Below are positions 35,188 to 45,717 of a DNA stretch of 64,000 bases, piece after piece. The position numbers and the translations under genes are program-made. Source of the DNA: a virus (Duplodnaviria > Caudoviricetes); IMG/VR virus record IMGVR_UViG_3300036985_001339, positions 1,181 through 65,180 of that record; one strand, written 5' to 3'. Within the stretch, counting starts at the first letter, position 1, and each line of letters begins with the position of its first letter. The notes beneath the pieces are model-generated. The model was not told the origin of the DNA. It was given only the letters and a program-made list of their open reading frames with translations, and made no database searches.

Positions 35188-38100
35188 TTACGGAGTCTTA
35201 AACTCCGGTACTTTTAATGATTGTGTTTTTAACTCTGGTATCTTCAAACCTCCACTTGAATTAATTTGAACTGGAGCTGATTGATTTAAACCTAAATTGT
35301 ATTCATTATAACCTAACAATGAATATATTCTTTGCCAATTACTATAATCACTATTTAATGCATTTCCAATATTTTGCATTTTCAAGTATAATCTATCTGC
35401 AGGGAAATTACTAGCAGCTGATGTTAATGAAGTTGCTGCTTCTATTGCATATTTATTATCTAGACTAAAACCTTTCCACATTATTTCGTCTTTATTATAT
35501 TCTATAGACTTATAAGCTTTTGCCGTTGCTCTTAACTTAATACCTATAGAAGGCGAAACATTAGAAAGTTCTAATAAAACATCTCCGTAACCTTTTGGAT
35601 CACCACTTTTTTCATACCATTTTATTATTGCGTTTTTAACAGTAGATAGTAATACTCCTGTTAAACCAGTACCTCTAACTAAAGTATCAAATGCCCCGTT
35701 CAGTGTACGTATCACAGCTTTATTTAATCTATTTTTCTCTTGTTCATCATCGTCGTCCCATACCATAGAAAACAAAGCATTCTGTAAAGCATTAAACATT
35801 AAGTTTTGAATTACAGCATAATAAGTTATTTTAGCTATATTATTAGGTACACTACCTCTTCCCTTTGCAATATCTATAAAAGACTTTTTAATAATCCTAG
35901 AATATTGAAACGGCGTATTCATAAACGATAGTAACAATCTTCCTTTTGTACTAGCTTGATTCATTGATATTTTAGAAACGTCAGCAGATTGTTGAGATAT
36001 TTCTGATGTTTCATAGAAATCACGCATCGTTGCTTTCTTAGCATCTTGTTCTGAATAACCTTGTTTTAAATAAGTCTTTAATCTATTTCTATAAAAACCA
36101 GCTCCACCAATTGCTATTGCAAAACTATCCATAAATCTAGTAGGAACAAAACCTTGTTTTAAAAACCAGTAATTTGCTGCTTTTATTTTATCTAATGGAT
36201 TGTTATTTCTAGGATCATTCATTAACTGAGCAAGTTCTGCTTCAGCAACGTCATTCATTAAACCAGATCTTCTATCTCTAAGATAATCTGAATTCCATAT
36301 CGTAAAGAAATCCTCTGTATATTGTTTAACATTAAGCAATGCCGCTCCAGCTTTTAATACGTTGTTATCTCCAGTGTTTATATAATTGACAGCACCTAGA
36401 GTTTGCAACAAAGCAGATCTAACATTCCAGAACATCGTAACAGCGGTAGAACCATTTATCCAATTTAATAAAGCATCAGACGAACCCTCTGCTCTATTAC
36501 TACCAGTCTTCATTCTATATAACATGTTTTCTAAAGCTTTAACGTATTTTCTACCGTAAATAGCTTCAATCTTACTCATGTTATCTTTAGAGAAGATTTT
36601 GTCAACATTACCTTGCCATTCACTTAAGAATTTTGCTCTATTTGTTTTAGATATAACATTGTTAATATCACCAACAACACTACCAAATCCCCAATTGTGA
36701 CCTGGTTCTGTATAACCATTAGGTTGTTTTGACAATAAAGAAACGTCTTTAGCAAAGTCTCTTAATCTAGGATTAGTTCTTACTATTTCTTTTAAATGGA
36801 ATAAGTCTTTTTTATCAAGTCCAGGTATTGGGTATCCAGCTGTACTCCATAAATAAACTCTAACAGCTTGATCCACTAAGTAACCTCCGTAACCAGAATC
36901 TTGTTTAAGTTCTTTACTTATACCTTTGTACTTCTTATTTATTAAACTATTCCAGTCTTTATACATCGTCTGTCTCTCTTTCATCAAGTTCAACATTGCA
37001 TCACTGTATGGTTTTAATAGATTGTCAGTAAGAAAATCTATTTGTTCTTTACCTTCTTGTCCTTTTCCAGAACCAAGCGTGTATAGCAAACCTAAGAAAT
37101 CCTCATCTTCCGGTGGTAAGTATATATCATATTTACCAATGTTTTTACCTAAATTTTTAGCAGTTTCAGGAGAATAAGTTGCAGAAGCTTCAATACCTTT
37201 ATTTTGCTCTATGATTTCGTTCATAGTTCTTTCTAGGTTTGAATTTTTTTCTACTATTTCTTGATACTTTTTAGATTTAAAATCAAGTGTTTCTAAAACC
37301 TGTTTAGTTAAAGGTCCTTCAGTATTCTTTTTAACTTTAAATTCAAAGTTATTATAACCATCTGCTACTTTTTGAATTAAGAAGTAGGCAGTTTGTTTAT
37401 CTGAAAACTTAGATCTACTTGGTACTTTAAAGTCAATTTTAATACCATCTGCTACTTTAGCATTTTTTATAGCTTTGTCAATATCTCTGGCAACAGTCCA
37501 TTGTTCAGTTAAAGGTAATCCTTCTAAGAAACTAGATATTTTACCATTTTCTTCTTCTGCTAAACTAAATTTAACAATACTACTTTTACCTTTAGCCATA
37601 TCGTCTAAAACCTTAGCTCTAATAACCTCGTTTTTTAAATCGTTTGCTAAGTTAACGTTTCTTTCAGAGACTCTATCTAAAAATTCAGATTCTCTAATCA
37701 ATCTTCTAGCTTCTTGTAAAACTAAAACATCACCAAACAACTCCATTAAAGCTGTTCTTCTATCAAAATAAGCAGTAGGAACTAAACCCTTACCTGTTTT
37801 GTCATTGATTTCTGAATCTTCAAATTGTTTTAATTCTTCATTAGCATTATCGCCACCGTAAGTTTTTATTATACGAGTGGCTTCATCTATACCATAATAA
37901 GACTGCAAAAACTTAACTCTATCTATATTACCTATTTTTCTTAAATTACCTTTATCATCAAACTCTTTTAATCTAGGTGGTAATTTTTTAGAAGCATAAC
38001 TTGATTCTCCAGTAACAGGATCTACAGGGTGATTAATAACATCGTAAAGTAGTTTCCATTGATTATACATTAACGATTCAATTTCTGGACCATTTTTAAA

Positions 38101-41100
38101 TGTCATTCTTCTTGCCATTGTTTTAGATAATGTAGACAATTTCTCTTTGAAATTTCTATATTCTAAAGTTTCAATGTTTGGAGATCTAAGTATTTCACGT
38201 CCAACCTCATCAGAAATGATTTTAGCCGGTGTATCTTGCATGGAAAGAGCTTTAAACGTATTTACAGTCATTCCGGTAGAAAGATCATAAGATTTAAAAG
38301 ATTTTAATGCTTTTAACTCTTCTTTTTCATCGTATGTTATGTCTTTTTTGTTTTGAAGTTCTAAACCTCTATCTAAATCTTTTAACTCAGATTCTAATTC
38401 AGCAATTTTAACTGGATCAGTCTCTGTTCTAAGTTTTCTATTAGCAGCAACAGTTGGATCAGATGCTTCTGTTACAAAGAACCCACCAAAAGGTACTGTT
38501 TCAATATCTATAGGTTTTCCATTATCGTCTACAAAGTTAAATACTGGATCACTAAGTAATACAGCAAGATTGCTTTGTTCTTGTTCAAAGTCTTGTTCTG
38601 CATCAAATACACTGTCTGATTCATCTAAAAAATCAGACTCTTCTCCTGTTTCACCAGCAAAGTCAGACAATACTCTTGTTTCTTTAAATCCTTCACCTTG
38701 TATATCGTCGGTAAACATTTGAGAAGTAACATTTCCAGACTTAAGAGCATCTTTCATTTTGTTAGCCAACTGAGAGTTTATCCAAGCATTTAAGTCATCA
38801 TTTTCTTTTACGATGCCTTTCTTACCTTGGTATCCTTTTTCGTCTTTTGCTTCTACTTTATCTTTAAACTCTTTACTGTTTGGGTCTAAACCTTTTGATT
38901 CTAATTCTTTTTTGTATTCATCTCTCTTTTCTAAAAACTCTTTATTAAAGTTTCTAATATGAGGAATCATTGCAATTTGAGTTTCACTAACAAAATCCAT
39001 TGGACTAAAGTCTGGTAAGTTTACATACCCTAAACCTTTAGCTTTTCCGTTTATAATATATTCATATTCGCTAAGAATATCATATAGTGTAGATTTTCTA
39101 TCACTATTAACATCTTTAGTCCATGTATCTTTATTATATGTTTTGTTTATATCTTTTTTAATATCCTCTGAAGACTTTCTTTCACTTAGTGAAAACTTAG
39201 GTTTAGATACAACAACTAGTTCTTCAACTTTTTTAATAGGTGTTTTAGCTCCTGTTTCTGTTCTAAGAGATTCTTTATTTATTACTGCTTTACCTTTTCC
39301 AAGTTTTCGCATACCAATTCCCCAATTACCAGACTCAACACTTTTGTTGTAATCTTTTAAGAAGTTGTAAACATCTCTTCCACTTTCAAATTTAATATCT
39401 TTTATTCCTAAGTATTGAAGAACTTGTCTTATTGTATCCTTAAGACGATTCATGGTACCTTCATCATATTTTACTAATCCTTGACTTATTGCATCAGAAT
39501 ATAGTGTTAATGTTTCTTCCCATTTGTCTCCAATATTAGTATCTATTTCTTCTTGAAGTTCAGATTTTTTATTATCGTATTCTTCTTTTGTTATTTTACC
39601 TTCTTTATAATTGTTATAATAGTCATCTATTTCATCTAACAACACGTCGTTGGCTTCTTCATAAAATTTACGATATGCTTTAAATTTTTTAGCAAATTCT
39701 TCAGGCACTACAGTTTCTCCTTTTCCTTCAGAATCAACGATGTTTTTCATTTTCATTAATTCATTAGAAAGAGCAGTACCTAGTAACTTTTTAGCTTCAG
39801 GATCATCTGCTACAGAATTAGAAATTAAAGCATGTAAAAATTCGTGTTGACCTACTGAAAAGTCTCCTCTTGCAACAGTTCTTTCTTCATTAACAAAAAT
39901 AAATTTCTTGCCTTCTATTATGTTATCAGGATCGGAAGAAACATCTTTTAAATATTGTGAATTAAGAAAAAGACCTTTATTAGCCGCGTTAAATTTAGCG
40001 TCGGCTGGTTTCATATTGTATGTGTTTATTAAGTAATCTTCTAATTGCTGTGTAGTCTTAAAAGTTTTAAATTCAGTATTTTTAATAACTCCTTTCTCTA
40101 AAGCTTTTGTTAAAACTATATTTTTTTGTTTTAACTTTTCTTCTACCTGTATTTTATTTATATTGTTTCTTATCTCATCTATTTTAATATCTATATCAGG
40201 ATGAAAAACTTTATCTACTGTTTCTTTTTCATTTTGAAGTTTAGTAACTTTATCTAACTCTCTCATTACAGGCATTGCCGCATCAGGAGATATGTTTTTA
40301 GTAAGTTTATTTACATTGTTAGAATATATATCTACGTCTTTTTTTAAGTTTTCAACTTGATCAACTGTAAATACTTTTTGTCCAACTAGACCATCTACAA
40401 TTTTTGTAAATTCTTTTTTATTTTTAGCTAATGTACTGAGTGACGTTAAATCATCTATTGACTGATTTCCACCGTGAAAACTAGGTAGTTTTGCTTTAGA
40501 TATTAAACCAGAAGACACAAAAGATAAAATAGAAGTATTCATAAAGTCGTCTCCAGACATAACTTCATTCATAATCTTTTTACCAGCATCTCTGTTAGTC
40601 ATTTTATTAACACCAATTTCGCCGACTTGTTGTATGTTTTCCTGCACTACCTCTTTTCCACCTTCTTCGGCAAAACCAACTAAGTTTCTAGGAGTACTTT
40701 TAATCATATCATCTAAATACGCAACAAAACCTTTCTCACCTGTTTTAGTATATTGTTCTATTGCTTTTTTGATTATATTTTTAGAACCAAAAACGTTTTC
40801 AACTAATTTTGTTTGTGGATTTATAACACCTGTAGTACTATATAATACTGCCATTCTTTGAGCGGCATTAGCAGCTAGTTTAAAAGCGTCTTTATCATTT
40901 ATACCATTATCTCTTGCTGCTTTTAATGTATCTTCATAACCTTGAGAATATCCTAAAGCACCTTGTGCAACCATAGAATAACCTGTTGCTCTATCTAAAG
41001 GTATTTTTCTAAGTAACTGAGATGAATCGTTTAATATGGAAGTAAATTTACTAGTTGGTTTTGCGGCACTTAAAGCAACTCTTGCTTCTGTACTTAATGC

Positions 41101-42576
41101 TCCAAGTTCACCAACACCACGTGTTAAAGCAGCTTGTATAAGCATGTCTGCCATAACACCTGAAGTTTGAACAGCAGCTCCTTGAGTACTGAACACCCAA
41201 TCAGATTGTCCGTATTGAGATTCTTGTATTAATTTATCATGTGTGTTTTTATCAAATACATCTGTAACACGGATTTTAGCATCGGCATCGTATATCTCTC
41301 CTTTAGAGTCTACTAAATATTTAGTACCATTATAGTCAACTGTTTTACCAGAAACGTATGAAATACCTCTATCGTCAGGTCTTATGAATTTGTTTTCTTC
41401 ATCAAGCATTCTAACGCCTTCGGCTGTTTCGTCCATTCCAATAGCACCATATACAGTAGCACTAACTTGTTTAGTTCTATCTGCAATAGCATTCCAACCG
41501 GCTTTACCCATCTTTTCAGCGGTATCCCAACTAAAGAAGTCAGTTCCGCCTCTTTTAGATTCTTCATATATCTTAGCGTTCTGTTTATCTCTTTCTTTTA
41601 ATTTTTCAGTTATTATTGGAAAGTTTTTTTCAACGTAATTTGCAATACCGTTTGGATCAAATATTTGATTTTCTTTTATTTCTTTTTTATCTCTAGCACC
41701 AACAACCATTTCCATTTCTTGGTTAAGGTCTTGTCTAGTATAATCTCTTCTCTTGATGTCTTCCATGTACATATTCAACATCTTCTTTTTAGCAAGTTCC
41801 CTAGCTAAACCAACGTTGTATCCACCCCAAGCATCTTTACCTTCTCCTTTAAAAAGACCTTTTTCTTCTTTATCTAAATAGTCTTCTTTAAAACCTTTTT
41901 TATTTAAAAAACCTTCAAAGTCTTGTGTATTAATACCAAAACCTTCTAATTCTTTTTTATTATAGTTATTCTCAATAAAATCGTCAGGTTGTTCTTGATT
42001 TATTGAAGAATAATATTGGTAAGGATGATCAAGTTCTGAATCAGTTTGTTGTATTTTATCTTTTAACTTAGCAAGTTTAAACTCAGTATCATAACCAGGT
42101 TTACCAGTAATTGGATTATCTGCAAAGTTGTCAACAAAATCTTTCATCTCTTCCTTTGAACCAGCAAGTTTAACTTTTGCTTTTTGTTCATTTCTTTGTC
42201 CAGGAAGTTTTATTTTTTGTATTAATTCTTGTTGTTTTTGTTCTGCTTTATTTTGTTTTAAATCGTATAGATTTTGACTTTCTTCAACAGAAACTCTAGG
42301 TTGAGAAGAAGGAGGAGGCATTATACCTCTCTTTTGAGCAGACTGTAAATCTTCTTCTCCTGCTAATCTATATTTTGGTGAAGCCGAAGAACCATCTACC
42401 GGCATTGATTCCCCATTTTGTGCTTGAGGTTTCTTTGACGCTACAGTCGCACTCTTTGCAACGCCTTTTGACTTTTTTGCACCTGGATTTTTTACTAAAA
42501 ACGTTAATCTATCTGTTTGTGAATAATCCGATAAATCTACTTGTGATCCGTCTGACAATGTATATATTTCCTCCAT
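35188..42576 (-). CDS. 2462-aa internal virion/ejection protein
   Basis: Size, helical composition and position after the tail genes. Confidence 0.7.
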   Translation of the reverse strand: MEEIYTLSDGSQVDLSDYSQTDRLTFLVKNPGAKKSKGVAKSATVASKKPQAQNGESMPVDGSSASPKYRLAGEEDLQSAQKRGIMPPPSSQPRVSVEESQNLYDLKQNKAEQKQQELIQKIKLPGQRNEQKAKVKLAGSKEEMKDFVDNFADNPITGKPGYDTEFKLAKLKDKIQQTDSELDHPYQYYSSINQEQPDDFIENNYNKKELEGFGINTQDFEGFLNKKGFKEDYLDKEEKGLFKGEGKDAWGGYNVGLARELAKKKMLNMYMEDIKRRDYTRQDLNQEMEMVVGARDKKEIKENQIFDPNGIANYVEKNFPIITEKLKERDKQNAKIYEESKRGGTDFFSWDTAEKMGKAGWNAIADRTKQVSATVYGAIGMDETAEGVRMLDEENKFIRPDDRGISYVSGKTVDYNGTKYLVDSKGEIYDADAKIRVTDVFDKNTHDKLIQESQYGQSDWVFSTQGAAVQTSGVMADMLIQAALTRGVGELGALSTEARVALSAAKPTSKFTSILNDSSQLLRKIPLDRATGYSMVAQGALGYSQGYEDTLKAARDNGINDKDAFKLAANAAQRMAVLYSTTGVINPQTKLVENVFGSKNIIKKAIEQYTKTGEKGFVAYLDDMIKSTPRNLVGFAEEGGKEVVQENIQQVGEIGVNKMTNRDAGKKIMNEVMSGDDFMNTSILSFVSSGLISKAKLPSFHGGNQSIDDLTSLSTLAKNKKEFTKIVDGLVGQKVFTVDQVENLKKDVDIYSNNVNKLTKNISPDAAMPVMRELDKVTKLQNEKETVDKVFHPDIDIKIDEIRNNINKIQVEEKLKQKNIVLTKALEKGVIKNTEFKTFKTTQQLEDYLINTYNMKPADAKFNAANKGLFLNSQYLKDVSSDPDNIIEGKKFIFVNEERTVARGDFSVGQHEFLHALISNSVADDPEAKKLLGTALSNELMKMKNIVDSEGKGETVVPEEFAKKFKAYRKFYEEANDVLLDEIDDYYNNYKEGKITKEEYDNKKSELQEEIDTNIGDKWEETLTLYSDAISQGLVKYDEGTMNRLKDTIRQVLQYLGIKDIKFESGRDVYNFLKDYNKSVESGNWGIGMRKLGKGKAVINKESLRTETGAKTPIKKVEELVVVSKPKFSLSERKSSEDIKKDINKTYNKDTWTKDVNSDRKSTLYDILSEYEYIINGKAKGLGYVNLPDFSPMDFVSETQIAMIPHIRNFNKEFLEKRDEYKKELESKGLDPNSKEFKDKVEAKDEKGYQGKKGIVKENDDLNAWINSQLANKMKDALKSGNVTSQMFTDDIQGEGFKETRVLSDFAGETGEESDFLDESDSVFDAEQDFEQEQSNLAVLLSDPVFNFVDDNGKPIDIETVPFGGFFVTEASDPTVAANRKLRTETDPVKIAELESELKDLDRGLELQNKKDITYDEKEELKALKSFKSYDLSTGMTVNTFKALSMQDTPAKIISDEVGREILRSPNIETLEYRNFKEKLSTLSKTMARRMTFKNGPEIESLMYNQWKLLYDVINHPVDPVTGESSYASKKLPPRLKEFDDKGNLRKIGNIDRVKFLQSYYGIDEATRIIKTYGGDNANEELKQFEDSEINDKTGKGLVPTAYFDRRTALMELFGDVLVLQEARRLIRESEFLDRVSERNVNLANDLKNEVIRAKVLDDMAKGKSSIVKFSLAEEENGKISSFLEGLPLTEQWTVARDIDKAIKNAKVADGIKIDFKVPSRSKFSDKQTAYFLIQKVADGYNNFEFKVKKNTEGPLTKQVLETLDFKSKKYQEIVEKNSNLERTMNEIIEQNKGIEASATYSPETAKNLGKNIGKYDIYLPPEDEDFLGLLYTLGSGKGQEGKEQIDFLTDNLLKPYSDAMLNLMKERQTMYKDWNSLINKKYKGISKELKQDSGYGGYLVDQAVRVYLWSTAGYPIPGLDKKDLFHLKEIVRTNPRLRDFAKDVSLLSKQPNGYTEPGHNWGFGSVVGDINNVISKTNRAKFLSEWQGNVDKIFSKDNMSKIEAIYGRKYVKALENMLYRMKTGSNRAEGSSDALLNWINGSTAVTMFWNVRSALLQTLGAVNYINTGDNNVLKAGAALLNVKQYTEDFFTIWNSDYLRDRRSGLMNDVAEAELAQLMNDPRNNNPLDKIKAANYWFLKQGFVPTRFMDSFAIAIGGAGFYRNRLKTYLKQGYSEQDAKKATMRDFYETSEISQQSADVSKISMNQASTKGRLLLSFMNTPFQYSRIIKKSFIDIAKGRGSVPNNIAKITYYAVIQNLMFNALQNALFSMVWDDDDEQEKNRLNKAVIRTLNGAFDTLVRGTGLTGVLLSTVKNAIIKWYEKSGDPKGYGDVLLELSNVSPSIGIKLRATAKAYKSIEYNKDEIMWKGFSLDNKYAIEAATSLTSAASNFPADRLYLKMQNIGNALNSDYSNWQRIYSLLGYNEYNLGLNQSAPVQINSSGGLKIPELKTQSLKVPEFKTP

Positions 42577-42585
42577 GTGTTATAT

Positions 42586-44361
42586 TTAATTGTTTTTTCT
42601 TGCTCTATTAATATATGCTTGTTCTGACTCTCCTGGTTTCTGTGGATTATTTGTAAGCCAATCACTTATACTAGCGTCTTTTAGTTTACTTTGTAACATC
42701 TTTTTCTCACCAGCATCGGCAGTTTGATCTAATGCTAATTTTACTCTATCTGCAGCAGAATCAACATTGTATTTAACTGCTTTGTAAGGTCCTTCTCCTT
42801 CTTTAGAGTATACATAACCTTTACCAAACGAACTAACAAAAGACTCTTCAGGTTTAACTTTTATCTTACCTTTCTCGTAAGCTTCTTGTAATGTTAAACC
42901 AGTGTCAAAGTTACCAGATTTATATGGAGAGTTTTTATACATTTTAAGTAATTCTTCTCTAGTTATAAACTTATCTTGTTTTCCTGATAATTTATTTAAG
43001 TTATCAACAAGGATAGATCTAGTTTTATAAGCTACTTTTCCATCTTTCTTTTCACCTGGTTTTGGTCTATAACCAGATATAATATCTTTATAATAATCTT
43101 CTTGATATGTTGTTGGAGGTTGTTTGTCTTCTTTGTCACCTCTTAATTCTGTAGCACTAGGTTTATCTTTTTGACCAACCTTAGAATCTGGTCCCCAGTA
43201 AACAGTCTGACCATTCTCTTGTGTTTTGTGTAAATCTGCTGTAAACTTATTAAAAGAAGAATCAGTTAATAATCTAGTTAACTCTGCTTTTTGAGTTTCT
43301 GGTCCACCTAAGTTTTTAAAAGTTTCATCATAATAACCTGGTTGCATTTCCAATGTGTAGTCTAAAAGAGTTCTTAGACTTTGTTCTTTATCAGCTTTTA
43401 AGTAAGCCGCTGCTTTAATTTCTGCAGATGATTTTATTTGTGTTCTTAACGCGTCGGTTTCAAGTCTTTGACCACCTTGTATTTGCCATGTATCTTTAAC
43501 CGTTCCACCTGTGTTACCTTTACTTGGTAAGTTAACTGTTTCAAACGTACCACTTAGATAACCAGGTAATATCTTTCCTTTGTCATCTACTATTGTTTTT
43601 TTAGAAGCTTTGTAAAAATCATCTAAACTTTCAACTTTAGATAAAAATCCACCAGTACCAGCAGCATCAGCTTTTAGATACGAGTCTGAGTTTATCGTTA
43701 TAGGTTCAAAATCTGCATCTTCTCCTTTATGTCTACCTGATATTTTTATATTAAATCCAGCACCAGTTCCGTCTTCTTCAACACTCATGTTAGTGTTTTC
43801 GTATAAACCATCTAAACCTCCCATTATTTCTAATGCAGATCGTCTAGACTTTATTTGTTCTGGGTTTCCGTTTATAGCCCAACCACCAGGAACTCCAACA
43901 CTTATAGCAGATGCTCCTTCTCTCCAAGTAGCAGTATCCATAGCTATTGCTTTACTTGCGTTTGCAGCATTGTTCATAAAGCCATCTGCATCTCTTATGT
44001 TTTTTAAATAAGATTGTCTTATTTTTGGATCTGTCTCATTTAGTAATGCTATTTGAGAATCAGCAGCAAGTTGTATTTTTTGTTGTAATATAGTATTTAT
44101 TTGCTCATCAACTCCACCACCAACTTTTGTGTGTGATTTAGACCAGTCAGACATTTTGTCGTTATAAAATAAATCTGTCTTGTTTTTTTGATCTTGAAGT
44201 TTTTGAATAGTAAGTTTTCTTTCTTTTTCTTCTTCTCTTTTTCTTTCACCACGTGCTAAAATACCTTTGGCTATTGATTCTGAAGCACTTAAAATACCAG
44301 CACTAACTGAATCCCAACCTTGGTTTTTATTTATCATTGGAGGATTATCATAATATCCCAT
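42586..44361 (-). CDS. Internal virion/ejection protein
   Basis: Position and composition. Confidence 0.6.
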   Translation of the reverse strand: MGYYDNPPMINKNQGWDSVSAGILSASESIAKGILARGERKREEEKERKLTIQKLQDQKNKTDLFYNDKMSDWSKSHTKVGGGVDEQINTILQQKIQLAADSQIALLNETDPKIRQSYLKNIRDADGFMNNAANASKAIAMDTATWREGASAISVGVPGGWAINGNPEQIKSRRSALEIMGGLDGLYENTNMSVEEDGTGAGFNIKISGRHKGEDADFEPITINSDSYLKADAAGTGGFLSKVESLDDFYKASKKTIVDDKGKILPGYLSGTFETVNLPSKGNTGGTVKDTWQIQGGQRLETDALRTQIKSSAEIKAAAYLKADKEQSLRTLLDYTLEMQPGYYDETFKNLGGPETQKAELTRLLTDSSFNKFTADLHKTQENGQTVYWGPDSKVGQKDKPSATELRGDKEDKQPPTTYQEDYYKDIISGYRPKPGEKKDGKVAYKTRSILVDNLNKLSGKQDKFITREELLKMYKNSPYKSGNFDTGLTLQEAYEKGKIKVKPEESFVSSFGKGYVYSKEGEGPYKAVKYNVDSAADRVKLALDQTADAGEKKMLQSKLKDASISDWLTNNPQKPGESEQAYINRARKNN

Positions 44362-44364
44362 AAT

Positions 44365-45288
44365 TTATATTTGTTTAAATTCTACGTCAATAAAAGAATA
44401 ATCTACCATATCAAAACCGTTTTCATGTCTTGAAACAAAATTACTATTAATTTCATCTGACATTACACCTTGCCAAATTCCTTCTCCAAATTTTTTATCT
44501 TTATACTCAAAAGAATACACGTTGATTCCACTAGGTGAAACACTTATTCTATTTATGTTTTTCTTTAATCTTCTGTCTGAAAAAGCACCAGCAATACTTC
44601 CTATTCCACTAAACATAGAACCGTAAGCAGCGTTTTGAGATTGTTTAGCAGCTGCTTGATTTGATTGTGCTTGAGCTTCTTTACCAGCTAATCTATTTAA
44701 CTTAGAAATATCTCTAGATTCTTGTTCTCCATATTGGAATTGTATTCCAGCAGATTCAGCAGCTTGCATTCTTTGACCTTCACTCATTTGAACACCCTGT
44801 ATTCTCTGTTGTTCTTCCATTTTGGCTTTCTGCATTTCTGCAGCGCCTTGAGCTTTTAACTGTTCGTTTTTAGCTTCTTGTTGTTCTATACTGGCTGATA
44901 CTCCTTTTTTACTTTGTAAAGCGGCTTGAGCTAACGCGGTAGCACCACCAGCACTTGCTCCGGTAGATCTAAGTGTATCTAAAGTATTAGCTAAAGATAT
45001 ATCTGCTTCTTCTATTTGCATATCTGCTGCCATTGTTGAAACACCTAAATTAGCATAAGGATTACTCAATGTACCACTAAGATCTTTAGCAAGTCCACTA
45101 AGATTAGTTACGTTTGCGTATGGATTTGGAATTGCCTGTCTGTTTTTTTCTAGTTCAGATATTTCCCAAGCTTTACGTTCTGCTTCGTTTCTAAAACCTT
45201 TACCGGCTTGTTTGGCTTGATTAGCGTTAACTAACCCTCCACCTATCACTGCCGCTGCACCTACTGCTATCGCTGTTATTGCTGCCAT
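44365..45288 (-). CDS. Ejection/pilot protein with C-terminal peptidase-S74-like domain
   Basis: Hydrophobic Ala/Gly N-terminus, Gln/Ala coil, and FSDRRLKKNI...VDY. Confidence 0.7.
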   Translation of the reverse strand: MAAITAIAVGAAAVIGGGLVNANQAKQAGKGFRNEAERKAWEISELEKNRQAIPNPYANVTNLSGLAKDLSGTLSNPYANLGVSTMAADMQIEEADISLANTLDTLRSTGASAGGATALAQAALQSKKGVSASIEQQEAKNEQLKAQGAAEMQKAKMEEQQRIQGVQMSEGQRMQAAESAGIQFQYGEQESRDISKLNRLAGKEAQAQSNQAAAKQSQNAAYGSMFSGIGSIAGAFSDRRLKKNINRISVSPSGINVYSFEYKDKKFGEGIWQGVMSDEINSNFVSRHENGFDMVDYSFIDVEFKQI

Positions 45289-45289
45289 A

Positions 45290-45697
45290 TTATTTTATTT
45301 TTTTTGAAATCTCGTATGATGGTTTTTCATCAACCGCATACCCTAATTTTTTATGTATGTTTATTAAACTCTTATTTCTTGCAATACTAATTATTATATT
45401 ATAGTCTTGTTGTTTTGCAACCTCTTCTAAAGTAATTATAAGCATCTCTAACGCGTCCTTTCTATCTAACTCTCTATATTGTGGGTTAGAAACAATCCAA
45501 TCCAACCAAGCTACCTTAGAATTAGATAGATATAAAAATCCTGCTGCTACAGGTATTTCTCCTTTGCAAACCATAATTCCTCCACAACCATTCAATGGTA
45601 GAGTTTCCTTACTAACTTCAGGCCATCTCCACCATTTCCACCAAGAAGACATGTTCTCCCAATCTGATTCTTGTAATGCTCTTACATTTAATTCCAT
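45290..45697 (-). CDS. GNAT-fold protein
   Basis: Acetyltransferase-like layout ending in HKKLGY. Confidence 0.6.
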   Translation of the reverse strand: MELNVRALQESDWENMSSWWKWWRWPEVSKETLPLNGCGGIMVCKGEIPVAAGFLYLSNSKVAWLDWIVSNPQYRELDRKDALEMLIITLEEVAKQQDYNIIISIARNKSLINIHKKLGYAVDEKPSYEISKKIK

Positions 45698-45717
45698 TTG
45701 ATTTAATTTTATTTAAT

